Under the pieces are notes generated by a model, which searched no databases, was not told where the DNA came from, and saw only the letters and a program-made list of their open reading frames with translations. This document shows, in pieces, positions 23,096 to 44,760 of a stretch of 64,000 bases of DNA. The DNA comes from Chlorokybus atmophyticus (lineage: Eukaryota; Plantae; Mesostigma and Chlorokybus algae): the NCBI GenBank assembly GCA_009103225.1, contig RHPI01002069.1, forward strand, positions 1 through 64,000, read 5' to 3'. Each line of letters starts with the position of its first letter. The first letter of the stretch is position 1. The translations under genes and the position numbers were made by a program.

Positions 23096-26000
23096 TCATG
23101 AGGAGTGCACAAAATTTTCCACCAAAAATGTGGTCGCACACACCAAAATCACGATTGGCACAACCTGCAAACTTGTCCTGACGAACCGGAAATACGTCAT
23201 CTGCATACAGGACAATGCTGAATATACGGGTGCGTATGCAAGGGGATGCGTTGTGTGCGCCAGCTCAAGCAAAACTTAATAAACCAAGAGAGAATTGGTA
23301 CCTTGATTCCCTGTTCACGCAGCAGCTTTGCCCACATGATGCCTGCCATAGAGCCCACCAACGTGATGTACGCGCCCAAGTTGCTGCCGATGACAAGCGA
23401 GTAGTAGCTCGCCCGCAGCGCGCGAGGCGAAACAGAGTAATAGGGACTTGCTATGATCCTCGCAAACAGGATTGTCATCGGCTACAACAACAGGCAGAGA
23501 GTCAGTAATCGTGTCTCCTTCCGATTGTGATTGAATGCAAAGCAGCTGCGAGCAGAAACCAACCTGGTTGTTAAGGAAGTTTGCGCAGATTGCCGAGACG
23601 AATGCAAAGAAATAGCATGCTGCCGGCACGCTGTCGCCAACGATGCTCTTTGCAACCTTGGCCGCAAACTTGATCCATCCGGACTCGTCCAACGACTCGA
23701 CTATGATAAACATCCTGTGGGTAAAGCGGTCAGTATGTTGGTGTTTGATTGGTGTTGAACAGCTTTATTTTCGTACCCCAGAACAAAAGGTGCGAGCGCC
23801 CATGGCATCCTGTTCATGATCTCCTTTGTCCTCGTGCCAACATTGTCAACGTGTGGCTCAGGCTCCAACACCTCTTCCGGCTTGACTATGCGAGCCAACA
23901 CCGGCATCCCTGTGGCCTCCTGCACCCCAAAAAACAGGACATCAACCAAAATGTTACCCAAAAAAGTTCAATGGCGGTTGAACAACAAAATGTAGTCATG
24001 TGATTACATCATGTAAACATACCTTCAGCTCATCCACTTTGGGTATCTTGGGTTTGTGGGCCGTGACGGACGTGATGATGGACTTCACGGCTCTGAGCCA
24101 CGTCGTGTCAATGGTGCCCGTGCTGGTGATGCTCATCTCCGAGCCTCTGCGAGGGAGCTTCTTGCTCTGGATGTCATGAAGCGTGATGCCGTAATGACCC
24201 ACGCTCGCCTTCCTGATTGCAGCTGCAGCCGCTTGGCGCTCCAACTCTTCATCCTGCACATCATCATTGAGCACACAGCCACATACAAATGCTAACCCAC
24301 TATATCGGTTCCTCCCACAAAGAGAAACTTTGTCCTTGTCTTTATTTGTTCGTACCCACCATGTTTATGACGTGGACGGCGTCTTCGTCAAGGGTGTCAA
24401 GGTTGTTGTCGGGTGCGCTGCGAGCACGCGAGGGCGAGGGCGCCTCCTCCACATCCACATCCACGTCCGGCTCGGCATGTGCAATACGCTTCCTCGGCGT
24501 GCAGGCGTGCGTACCGTCCGAGACGGGCACCGGCGTCGTGCCAGTGCTGATGTGGTCCGTCTCCTCTGTTGGCGGCGGCATTGGATGGATTCCAAAGCCG
24601 CGATCACCCCCCGCGCGAGCTACAGGGCTTGGAAGCGCACTGGGAATCCAACAAAAACGTTAGCTGTGTGTGCGCCATTGCCAGCTTGTGTGCGTGTGCT
24701 TGCGTGTGCGCGCATGTTTTTGTGTACGCACACACGCACATGTGTGCGCAAGTGTACCTGTATGCAGGGGTGAGTGCACCTATCGTATCATCAGCGCATG
24801 GCTTCTCACCTATCTATTGGATCGGTATTGGACAGCACCGACTCCATGGATGAGAGATGTGGCAAAGTTGGCGCCATAGAGCTGGCAGTGTTGAGTCTGT
24901 GCATGCTTCTGTTGCCTCGGCTTCGCGCGCGCAAGAGGTCGACAATGTCAATGGCCACGTCCACGATGACAAGCGTGCCAGCGAAGAAGAGCGTGACGAT
25001 CCAGATGTCCAAATGTGGGATGTATGATGATATCGCCAAGAATATCAGGCACAGCACAAACCAAATGCTCGCAAACGCAGCAATTGCTGGCCTTGGAATT
25101 GCTGACAGTGGGGTCACTTCAGGCCCATCTGCACAACAAAGTTACTTGCATGAGCACATATACGCATACATGCGCGTGTACAGGTGCGTGTGTGGGCGCG
25201 TGTGCGCATGTATGCATGTGTGGCTGTGACCATGATAACCACTTGTAACCCTGCCTAACACAAATTGTCCATTCGGCATTCTGCTCACCGTCTGTGGCTC
25301 GAAAGTCAGGCATGCGTCCGCGAAACTGAAAATGCAGTAGAAGTATAGCGATGATGCCGGCTACCAATGTGGGCAGGAACATCCACGCCAAGTATCCCAT
25401 AAAGTTAAGACGGAAAGTGTCTCCAATGATAATGTTCGTTGGATTGCTGCGCGCGCAAAAGATTTATAAGTGCAAACTTCAACTAGTACATGCACTGCAC
25501 TCTCCATGTACACTCTCTACACTCTCTCATGTGTGGTGAGCAATGACTAGGACTCATTACCACAACGCACTCACAACACATACACTTGCCTGTATCAAAC
25601 ATAGTGGTGTGCACACTTACGCAATGACAAGCAGCATGGACCAAGTGTTGGCAGAGAAGAACTCTGCATACAGCAACGGAAGGGCATCGTCGGGGTTGGG
25701 TAACGAGCGCGTCAGATGCGATACCATTTGCGTAAGTGTAATGACGACAACCTGAAGCCCAGGCAACAGCAAAATCACTTGCAGTTGTATACATGCATGA
25801 AATGAGTGCCAACATGCAGTGCAAGTCTTACATCATTGGAGGTGAAAATGGTAAGAATGGCAGATAGGCTGTAGATTACATAACACATTTTCACTCCAGA
25901 CCCGGCAGCAGCTTTCTTCGCTCGCAAAGCAATCGCATATAGCGTGCCGGTGTGGTCCAAAGACAAGCAAAGGTACGCCAAAGTCATGAACACAACAGCA

Positions 26001-26906
26001 ACCTGCCGCAGGCAACAAGCTGTTGCGACAACAGGTTACTTGAAAGTGGTGTTCTTTAAATTGTGACAGCAGTTTGCACCGCATGCATGCAATGCAACAC
26101 CATGGCTAGGACTCAGTCAATGGATGCAAACGCAACCGACAACGGCTCAGTACGGCACTTACCACCCAAGGTCTAGCAGTCCCATCCCCCTGCCCGAGAC
26201 ACACAGCCAACATGAACACTTGTTTGCAGGATGCATTGCCTCATCACGCATTACTACGCAGCAAGCAATCATGCACAAGCACGCATCACGAAATGTGTGA
26301 TGCGCCAACCACATGCGTACAAAACAACAAAAGCAAAGCAATACAAAGCACTTACAGTTATGCCCCTCCAGACTCCTCGTATGTGCAGCGTGCCGGTAGC
26401 CAACAGAAGCAAAACGCCCAAAACTGGTGCAATGGCGTAGTCCACCTTCAAACGCACCGGCCGAGACAACTCTACGCGCCATCCTCGCTGGTTCTTAGGC
26501 TTTCGCAGCCACGGTAAGCGTAGCTTTACCTGTTCACACAACATGCAAAGGTTGACTTGCAAGCACTGACCCTGTTTTGCACCAGCACATGGCTGCCACA
26601 TCGCAACAGTATGTGGTACTGTTATCAACAATCACAACATATGCACGACTTGGACACGCGAACACGCGAACATCACAAAACGCGTTGCTTGGTGCTGAAC
26701 TACGAAGTGGCCTGAAGTGCAATAACGCCAACAGGTGCTGTACATCACAACTAAGCAATGAACTGAAGTGTTGAGGCGCAGCTGGACACTGCTGCAACAA
26801 CCTTTCTTACCTTTGGTGTGCAGACAATGCAGAATACTACAGCTGTAAAGGTGAGTATGGATAAGAGCTTGTGCTTAAGGGAGTCGTTGTAGTCCGCCGC
26901 CACCAT
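23096..26906 (-). CDS. ArsB/NhaD (ion transporter superfamily) membrane protein; arsenite, silicon or anion efflux-like
   Basis: Many TM-rich exons with IFTSND, MPWALAPFVLGMFIIVESL, CANFLNNQPMTILF, SLVIGSNLGAYITLVGSMAGIMW. Start MVAADYND, stop after ...ENFVHSS. Confidence 0.82.
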
Positions 26907-27014
26907 GGCGACCAAACCTGATCAGGCCTCCCCTGGCCTGATCAGGAGTGTAAGACCAGCATCACACGACTGATCGCTCACGCATGCACCTTTGCGCCAG
27001 CAGAACGCCGCTAA

Positions 27015-27023
27015 TTAGGGTTT
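27015..27023 (-). promoter_or_regulatory. Telo-box in the ArsB-like/ABCC intergenic region
   Basis: TTAGGGTTT (AAACCCTAA on the minus strand). Confidence 0.65.
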
Positions 27024-27551
27024 CTGGCCTGTTCACATATGAGCCTGGCAGCCAAGCCCGCTCTCCTCCCACAATGCAACCTCAGCAACACTTCACTTTC
27101 GGTCAAGCCCTGATACCGGAGTCACACCTCCTCCATATCGCAGTTCTTGCCGTGCTACTCCTGCATGTCGCCGTCGCCGTCGCCGTCGCCAGCAGAAAAG
27201 GCGGCACATCCACAGCGGAACACACTGTTGTCATTGTCTGCAGTTCCAAACTGCTTGGAACTGTGTTGGAGGAAAGTCTCCTGCGAGTCGCCAGCGGGCG
27301 ATGCCCGCCTGCAGGATCTAGCAGCTCCGCACTGCGCATCCACCCGCGCCCTCACTGAAGGATCACGTGCCTGACGCAGGCTGATCTCGAAACGGGATTG
27401 CTCAATCTGCTGCGTCGAATGGGTTCGGTTTTCAACAAAGAACTGAACCGGTTCAGGCAATCTGCCTTGTTGCCACTGGCGCGAATTACTTACCAGTGGC
27501 TAGCTTGCGTGTGTTAGCTAGCGGGGTGGCGGCAGCCGTGTCGGTGTGGTC

Positions 27552-35418
<7,867 letters not shown>

Positions 35419-36227
35419 TGTGAATTAAGGCTCGCACTGACGTTGTTCGTAGCCGCGAGATTTGAAAGGGGAAACTTGAGGTGCAGGGCATATTCAGCCT
35501 GACTGTAGAATAGGGCACGGTTCGGGACATCATGAATATCAGTTGGAGTTTTGGATGATTGATAATGGCTGTTTATGTGGCATTTTTGCGTAAACACATC
35601 TCAGCACCGCAGTGCAGTTTGCGCTCAGTCAAGACATCTTGTGGTTGCATGTACACACAACCAGTGACACCTACAGTCTCCGCATTGTGCGCTGTTTGCT
35701 GCACAAGACTAGCTTGTGGCATATTGCACGCCAAGAGTAGGGCAATTCTCAGGTGAGAAGCATTATGTCAGTATATATTGTATCCACACAAAATCCCTTT
35801 ACATCTTTTGTACAGTGAGTGGCGCTGTCACAGCAACAGTTTGTGAGCTTTGTGCAGTGGCACGCTGCACTGCTGATCTGAGTCGCAAAGTGTTGGCGTA
35901 AGCCTCATGCAGAACGTTGATTTCTGTACAGACTAAGCGCTGATGTAGAGGGAGAAACCCCTACTGTACGGCCGCCACTGCAAGAGAGACATTATTCACC
36001 TCATGCCTGCACGCTTGAAGAGCAGCGACCCACTTCAAAACCGTTGAAGCCCACAGTAAAACAGCAGTTCTGTAACGCCATTTGCAAACAGGTTGCGGGC
36101 ATAGCCTTGCGGCCAATGCACTATGCAGTCAGTAGCTCAGGTATGTGCACCTCGTCCACCCATTCAAGACACAAACAAGTACGGCATGATGCACAGTATG
36201 GTACGCTTGACCAGAGGCAGTTCGGTG

Positions 36228-36505
<278 letters not shown>

Positions 36506-37877
36506 TTTTTTGTACACTTCATACAAGAACGGTGGCTTGTGACTCTGCTCGGCTGCTACAGTGACATGGTATTTATCGCGACAGATCTCAGCTACTGCAA
36601 GCATGGTGTGAGGCATGTGATAGCATTGCTTGCACCACCCAAATGCCCGCAGCTGAGTCAAGCATTGCACATACCAGCGTACCTTGTCACGTCCTTTGTG
36701 TGCAGCTTTCGTCAAGCAATGTTGTGCGGACAAGCTATCCTGTATGCCTGGACTGATCACATGCATCAAACAGCAGAAAGCCCTCAAGCACGTTCTGCAT
36801 GCAAGCACAAACAAGTGCAGTATAACGCGCACATGTATGCACGCAGGTATGTGTGCGCACGCGCGCACACATAAAGGCGTGTACCCACTCGGGCAGTTGC
36901 GGTGCATGTGTGTGAACGACATCACCTCGTGGCAGGACTGCATGACATGTCGTTGATTTTGAGCGTGAGGTCCACTCCGAGCATACATTCCTTTTTTTAA
37001 GCACGTTGCCCAGATATCACCATCTGAGTTCTCGATAACACGAGTGCACCAACCCTGGTCCAAGCCAGCGCTGCAATTACACATGTCTTAGGGTGTACCG
37101 CTGTGAGATTGACCAGGCACTTGGCTGAGCGCGATACTCGGCTCCCGCAGGCCCCCTTAGGGGGGCGGTTGTTCAGGCCACCTCTCCGAGGCTGTGGTGT
37201 GGAGACAAGAGGCAAGAGGTCAGGCGCTGGTGCCCTCTTTCCAAAGGAGGACCTGAAGGTCATGGATTCCACCTCACGCCAGCACCATTCTCAGTCACTC
37301 TGGAAGGCCTGCACGCACACACAGCGATATTCTTGCCCCAATCGTGCACTGGCGTCTAAGGCGTTGACGACCACAAGCAGGACGTCACCCATCCGCTCAC
37401 AAAGCATGCGCACTGCCAGGCCCCAAAGTTGACCTTGACCATAAAACTGCCTCAGCTGCCACGCTCGCTGGAAGCACTTGGCACTTGGTACACAGGTGCG
37501 TTCATTGACGATTATGCATAATTATGTCACGCGTCGTTTCGAGATAGCATGCGGGCAGGCCTTACGCAGCTCGAAGTCTCATCAGCGCTGCAGACAGCTG
37601 TCACAACGCACACTGGCAGTTGCTTTGTCGGATGGCAGCAAGGCAGGAGGAGAGTGCTCATACACAAAGACCGCAGCAAAAGCTACTTCTGCGGCTGCGG
37701 TTTTGACAAGCTGTCAATCTCGGCGAGCTTGCAGCAAGCCCGCTCTCAGGTCACAAACAACCTTCAACACCTTGGGAAGGTGCATGCAAGAAGCAGAGGC
37801 ATTCTCAGTGTGTACGGGTGTGTGGGTGTGAGTGCGTGTTTGTGGGGTTCAATTCCCACACTTTAGCTTGAGCGTGG

Positions 37878-38111
37878 ATGGGGGTTATGGCCAACTGCTG
37901 CGGCTGTCTGAGGCGGTCTGTGCCAAGGGCGCCAACCCCTGTACCGACGACGGTGACAACTCCACCGACAACGACCACAACCACCACCGCAGCTGCAGCG
38001 CCAGCAACAACCTCGCCCACGCTTGCAAAGGCGGAGCCACCAGCGCCCACAGTCGTCCACATCCCCGCCGCTGTCACGGTCACCACCCGCACAGGAGGCG
38101 CAGGTCCAGCA
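37878..38111 (+). CDS. Possible exon of a Cys-rich N-terminal, Thr/Pro/Ala-rich protein
   Basis: MGVMANCCGCLRRSVPRAPTPVPTTVTTPPTTTTTTTAAAAP..., GC-rich with biased codons. Downstream splicing was not resolved. Confidence 0.3.
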
Positions 38112-41100
38112 GGTGAAACAAGAGTTAGCTAACCAGCAGTCCTGGAAGGAGAGAGAGGCTCAGAGCACCGGAGGTGCTGCTTCACAACCTTCCCTCCCTC
38201 CTCAGGCCGGGGCAGTGCCAACTCAAAGGTTGGTGCATGTGGCCTCTGTTTAAGATGAGACTCTCACCGTGAGCTGATTGCGACGGTCGCAATGCAGTGA
38301 CAACTGGTGTTCAACACCTTGCACCTTGCTTGCTCTCCGGTTGCAGTGTGAAAGTTGCGCACAAAGCATACTGCACACAAAGCGCTTGCATTGTTGGGTT
38401 TGTAGCACTATTGCCTGCCTTTGCATGCGGGAGCAGCCTGTCCACTCAGCAAGCGGGTGTCTCCATGTTGAGTAAATGTGATGGGTGTTGTACTCACCCA
38501 CCAAGTGTGTAGCACACATGCCAAGTCATCACCATGCACGATGATAATGCGCGCATGGCCTGCTGGCGACTGGCGTCAAGCTCAGCTGACTTCAGCGTTG
38601 CCCCGCGCAGGCGTTCATTGCATGATGTTGGCGCTGGCATTTCTAGGCAATGGACTGCAAGGATAGCACCCGCAGCAATTGGAGGTACCACTTGAGGCAA
38701 GGCTGTTGATGTGGTTGTGGCACTGTGAGCACTCATTCTCGTTACTTCCCATGGTGGGGTTTAACTGCATGGTGCTTATTAGTGTTTGTCCCCTATCGAA
38801 TCTAGCCATGGCGGGTGCAATACCACCGCAAGCAGTGCAAGGCCGCCTACAACCAGGGACAACAGCAGGCGCTTTAGTAAATGACTGATTGAACAGTGTC
38901 CTGGCATGCATGAAGCAACATACGCTGGCATGACATGATGACTTGTACATAGAGGTTTGCATTCACAAGCTGTTTCGTACAGGCATGCTTACCGCACCCA
39001 TCTGCATCATGATCATAGCAACATTGGGATGTGGCAGCTCCAATTCTTCATCTCTCGAACCGCACATGCCCGAGTATAAATATCTGAGGTACATACATGC
39101 AATGCGTGCTGAGCATGCTTTCAACTTGTCCACCACCACTTGCTACGCACTAGCTACTAAACTAGCATAATGGTAATGAGAGTGCTTCATGGTGTGGTGA
39201 GTAGACTGCTCATGCATGTGTACAGTATGTGACGTGCTGTGTGTGTCACACTCTCATGCATGCCACGATTCTTGCATTCTATTTATTATATACTATCTCT
39301 TGTGCTCACCTCAGTCACAAGCTGACATCGACCATCGGGTTTACTCACCCGCTACTCACAACACATCTACTGCCCTACGCCGTTAGCCATGCATACGGTA
39401 GTGTTCCGCAACAGTATGGTACATGCATCATGCACTGAGTGTGCTGTGTGCTTGGTGCTGCAGCACCAACATGTGCTTAACATTGCATGTGCTTGACACC
39501 ATACATGACATTGATGTAGCATACTATTTCTTATACAACTAGGGGGCTTGTTCTATGTGCGGAATGATGATGAGGCAGAACAACAGCAGGACGAAACAAG
39601 CTTGCAAGGGCTGGGACAACTACCTGCAGAGCAAAGCAAGGTTGGAGAGGTTGAGCCCTCAACGACCACAAGCATGTATGTGTCATGGTTTACCCGCACA
39701 CAATATCATATACCTTTTGTACACAGCCGCTGATGAGGGGACCTAGCACACGTTCAACGCGTTGTGCATGTAAAATACCCCTAGATATGCACAAAGCTTT
39801 TGCATGTATTATTTGATGATACATATAAATCCCAATTAATAAACACATTGCATATATTACCGTTTCCGGCTCAAACATGTGTTTGTAAAGGACATTATGA
39901 TGTCTCATGTCATCATGCATAAACTTGCTTGCAATGAAGTGCAAACATATGCTGCAATGCAATGTGATACATATATGTATGTTCGTGTATCGCATTACAA
40001 GTGTATATGTAGTATGAATAGCACTATTGCATTATGCATCTCACAATTGTAATCATTACAATATTGACATGATGTCAACAGTTATTTTGTCAACTTGATT
40101 TGCATGTAAGACGGTGTAAAAGCGATAATAGTAATGTCAGCAAACAATTTAAATGTGCATTAAGGTGTATGCATGCACTTATCGCATTTATGCGCACTTG
40201 TTAAGTGCACAAGTTCTGAACCCGCTTTAAGTGCATGTATTATGCGCATATACTTGACACGAGCGCATGCCATGAGATGTATCTTAACTTAACGAGTAAC
40301 CGTAACTCCAAATCACGTGATTATAACCATAGCAACAATACACTTACGTTGCGATGTATATGTAATGCAAGCGTCATTGACCATGATAAGTGCATAGGCA
40401 CAGCAAAAGTTAGGCAACTCTTATCAATAAATGCAGATGCTCTTAGCGCGCAGGTATTACCCTTGAAGACGTCGGTGACGACCAAATTCATGCGCTAACT
40501 GCGGATAAGCACATGTATGTGTCAGCCCTTGTGACGCAACCCATTGCGCAACTGACGTGGCAGGTCCATACAATCCGACGCTGGCACAATGCAGTTCGGC
40601 TCCTCCTGCGTTCGCTCCGAGCCCGTCGACAGCGGCAGCGGTGGCGGTGGCGGTGGAGGTGCAGGTGCAGGTGGAGGTGGATTGCTTGAGCGTGGTCTGT
40701 GGAAACACTTCTTTGCCGCGTGCAGTGGACGACAACACGGCAAGTGTATTGCACGGTGGCTTGAAGAAGAGCTGAGCGGAGGTGCCAGAGGTGATGGCTC
40801 TGGCGTGGCTGGGGTACGGCCCCAGAGTGGACACTAGCAGAGTCCTGGACCCCGCCGACGTAGCCAAGGGACCCCTCTCCGCCCTCGTGCTGCCGCACAT
40901 TTTAGCCTTGTAAGCAGTGCAGCATGACATGTGCAGCCAATTCAATGCTGCACACAAGTACGGCATGTATCTGGCTGCACCTACAATGCTTGACGTATAT
41001 GAATGACTCATACAGTGTGAAATACCCTCAAGGAATGCATGAGGAAGTGTGACTGTTGATGCTATCCGTGTAAGTGAAGCTAGAACATGGATCATCCAGC

Positions 41101-41532
41101 TGCTTGGGGTGGGGAAGCATGCAGGCGTCGAGACTCGTGCTCTGAAGCTGGAGACCAACCAGTTTGCCGCTGCAGCGCATGCAAGCATGCCGTGTTGTAG
41201 ACAAGCACATCACGAAAAAACCTCATAGTGCTTGCTATAGGTCAGAGTTGTGATGCTCTGTTCAGTGGCTGGACAGGCTAGCTGCAGGGACGGGCTACCG
41301 CCAGCCCACATAGCCAAGATCACGTAGCACGTAGGTTGTGTCACATAGGTTTTGTGCAATAGATCTGCAGCAGTGAGTGTAGCGCTCCCAAGACTGTTGT
41401 GACAGGGAGGCCATGTTTTGTGCTGCTGCTGGCACTGTAAGTCAAGGGTTGTGCAGTTACTCGCGAGACCTTCAGAGAGGTTTCTGTTCCCCTGTCGTGT
41501 GAGCAAGTAACTCATAGTCTGGTCGTCATGCA

Positions 41533-42302
41533 GGTATCGCTGCGAGCCTCAGCCAGACACTTTCGATGTTTATGCCATGCACGCGGAGTTTGAGGACCCT
41601 ATCACGCACTGCAAAGGGTATGCCTTGCGGCTTGGTCATGCTTTTGTGCAGGCAACAGTGACACTTGTGTTTTTGATTACCGGTAAGTGTTTGCACTGAC
41701 CTTCTATGCACTGGACAGGGCGAAGGAAATCAGGTCTGGCTTTACTGCTATGTCCAAGGTTGGGACGCTGTGTTGAGCTGGTTGCTCACCGGTTTATGGG
41801 AATGATGCAGCTTGCGCACATGATGATGATATTCTCGTCATGTGTTTACAAGTGCTGGTGTGTTTCACCTCGCGCAGATCTTCTGGGGTGTGGTGTCAGA
41901 ATGTTCCGTGGGCGAAGATGCACGTGACAGCAGGTATTTTGTCTGTAGTCACCAAGCTTACAATTCCACAATGCTGTGGAAAAACAGGTTGTCGCTTGAC
42001 ATTGTTTGCGTTGGTGTCTCGCCCCATTTTGAGCAGGAACGGCATCGTGACGCTGGACATGAGACCCACATTTGTCGTGCGCTATGTTGGCCTTGCCGTT
42101 ACCATCCCAACACTTACCGTGCTGACTATCGCGGATGGCAAGATTGTGCACCATGAGGACAGGTTTGAGGGCGAGTCGTTATTGTTAGCGTGTGCATGGA
42201 CACATGTAATGTTGGTTGCACGCAGTGCTTGTGACCTGTGGCACTGTTGGTCAGATGGAGCCGAGTGCCGATGCCGAAGGAAGGGAGAGGAACGCTCCTT
42301 GG
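41533..42302 (+). CDS. NTF2/SnoaL-like fold protein (partial model; ends unresolved)
   Basis: Phase-consistent exons give YRCEPQPDTFDVYAMHAEFEDPITHCKG|AKEIRSGFTAMSK|IFWG...|NGIVTLDMRPTFVV...TLTVLTIADGKIVHHEDR|W. FEDP-x4-G and KI-x2-HED-x-W are typical of SnoaL-like proteins. Confidence 0.7.
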
Positions 42303-44760
42303 GTATGCATTTGAAACAGCACGTCGCGCAGTGTCCTACTCTATGCACGTCACGATGAGGCTACTGCGCAAGTAGTAATTGACATACTCGAAAGCTGCTT
42401 GTGTTGGGGAGGAGACCAAGTTGTTGTGGTAGACGTGTGCATTGAATGACAATGAGTACACACATGCACATGGACTATACAGCGCTTGTCAGGTACGCAA
42501 AGCACGGCGCTATTGGTTGCCATAGAGACAGAGAGAACTCCATGTAGCTATAGCTAGTCCTTGGGATGTGATAGCGTGTTTGTGTGATAGTATTCACAGT
42601 CCAATGGTTCAACGCCATTGCGTGATGTGTGGTTGACCTTCAACACAGTCTGTTGCGCACTGTTTGTACAAGAGCCATATGCACACATGCTAGTGAGCTC
42701 TCATTTCGAGGTGCTCTGACTCGAAGCCCTAGTTGAAAGTTCAAGCTTTAGCAATGAGGTCTTGAAGTACGCTACAGTCGGCAACCTTTTGTATGGACGG
42801 CGAGGTATTGATAAAGAAAAGGCCTTTCCCCCACCTCCCCCACGTTACAATGTACCTATAACATCACAATGCATGCTGAATTGGTGTATTGGATTTTTCC
42901 ATGTATGTACACAAGCATCTCATCTCAGTGCGCGGACCGCTCCATATCACCTCACCACCACACGGTATGTGTGATCTCGCATGCATGAAATGCCTATTCC
43001 TTCTTTTGTACACATGCATAGCATTGCATATACGCTACACATGACACACCAACCGTCTATGATGCTCCCATGACAGCATGTGGTTTTGGCGCTTGCACAC
43101 ATGTGATAAGCCAGACGATGAACATATTGATGGTGATAGTTGCCCGCATGCTGCTACTACGCTACTAATCGCACTAGTACTCCTTGAGTACTCCTTGCAT
43201 ATTCTATGCATGCGCCATTGCACACCATATTGTATGTACATGCGCTGACAATATATGAGAGCGCCGCGTCCGCCTACGTGGTCGGGGCCCTTGGGCCACA
43301 TGTCCCCAGCCCAGCACTGCCGCCACCGTCACTGCTCCTCTCTTCATGATGGCCATCGCCTATACCAGCTGCAAGGCGCAAGCCATGCGCTGATGGCAGA
43401 GAGCTGTAAACCCCTCTATGCGCCAGTGCTCCGCCCTCACGCGACGGCATGATTGCGCGTGCACATGTGTAGCACGCGCTAAAAGTCCTCTCTTTGCGTG
43501 CCATGCGTCTCCATCGTGAGCGGGTCGAGGTGTCCCCCGGTGGGTGGTCGCCGTCTCTGCGCTGCTTGGCAACCTCCGCTATCTGCATCGGTACGCTTGT
43601 CCTATCCCCACACGCCGTGACAATGTGTAGGGCATGGAGGAGAAACTTGGCAAAGTACTTTGTGAACCCAGATTTGGGTTCACAACGTTAATATTTGCAA
43701 TTCGCAATGTCACTATGTCCATATACAATATTGATGTCAGACTTTGTAGTAAATAGTAGTAAAGCAAACATTTAAGTATCTATTATAGATATTATCAACA
43801 ATTCAAAGAATGCATGCCCTTCTTGCAAGACAGCCATAATTTTGAAAAATTTTTTAAATAGAGAAGTTTCCTACTTTTACTTGAGCACGACCATACATAA
43901 GTAGTGGACTGTAGGGGGAAATGCGTGCTCAAAGGTTTATGCACCGTGAAGCTCACCTTCGTCTTAAGCAGAATAAGTGATGCAATTCTAGTGTTAATGC
44001 ATCAGTTGTGGTTGATGACTCGTAAGAAGCACGCGACAATATTGAGCGTCCACAACCACCGTTGTAACAAGAGGTGTTCAATGAATGCTGCTCGCAGCTT
44101 AGCTTACAACTTGATTGGGTGCCTCGTTTCCTCGATAGACTGGACACATCTCATTTCGCATCGTGATGAGTTTAACTCAGCGTTATCCTCTTCAATTCAT
44201 CTTTATACCAAGGTACCTCACTGCTTTAGAAAAGGCGAAGCATATGCTCTTTCAAGTTCGGGACTTCATCGCTTCAGAGCAGTCATCCATTCTGTGCATA
44301 TAATCTATCAGTAAAGCAAAAACTATTCACGTATTCACGTTGCGAGATATTCAGCATGCATAGCCACAATCTGACCAAGCCAGCGTATCGGCTGATAGTC
44401 AATGTAAGCCCACGTTGTTGCGTGGGGTCAGCATGATAGCGAACAGATTGTGGGCTGTGGTGAAGCTTGAGTGACGGCAGAAGGCCGTGCAAGGCACATG
44501 AAACATCCTCATACTGGCACTCCAGTCTACATGTGTTGCATTGGATTGCCAGCTGCATAGAAAAGCATCGCACCGGCGCTCAACCTGCACATGCTGCCCA
44601 TTAAATCATCGTCAGTGGTCCAGTGTTGGAGGCACCCACAGTAATATTGATGGCCTCGAACGAGGAGCCCTTGTGATACCTGTGTTCCATGTGCCTGATT
44701 TAAACGCGCCCGATGTTGATGCGCTTCAGGAAACCAGGGTTTGCATTCTCTACCCAAGCA

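Noticed and set aside
40680-40775. Nucleoside hydrolase fragment (LSVVCGNTSLPRAVDDNTASVL)
   Set aside because: Short weak resemblance only. The N-terminal DxDxxxDD motif is absent and the frame closes quickly.
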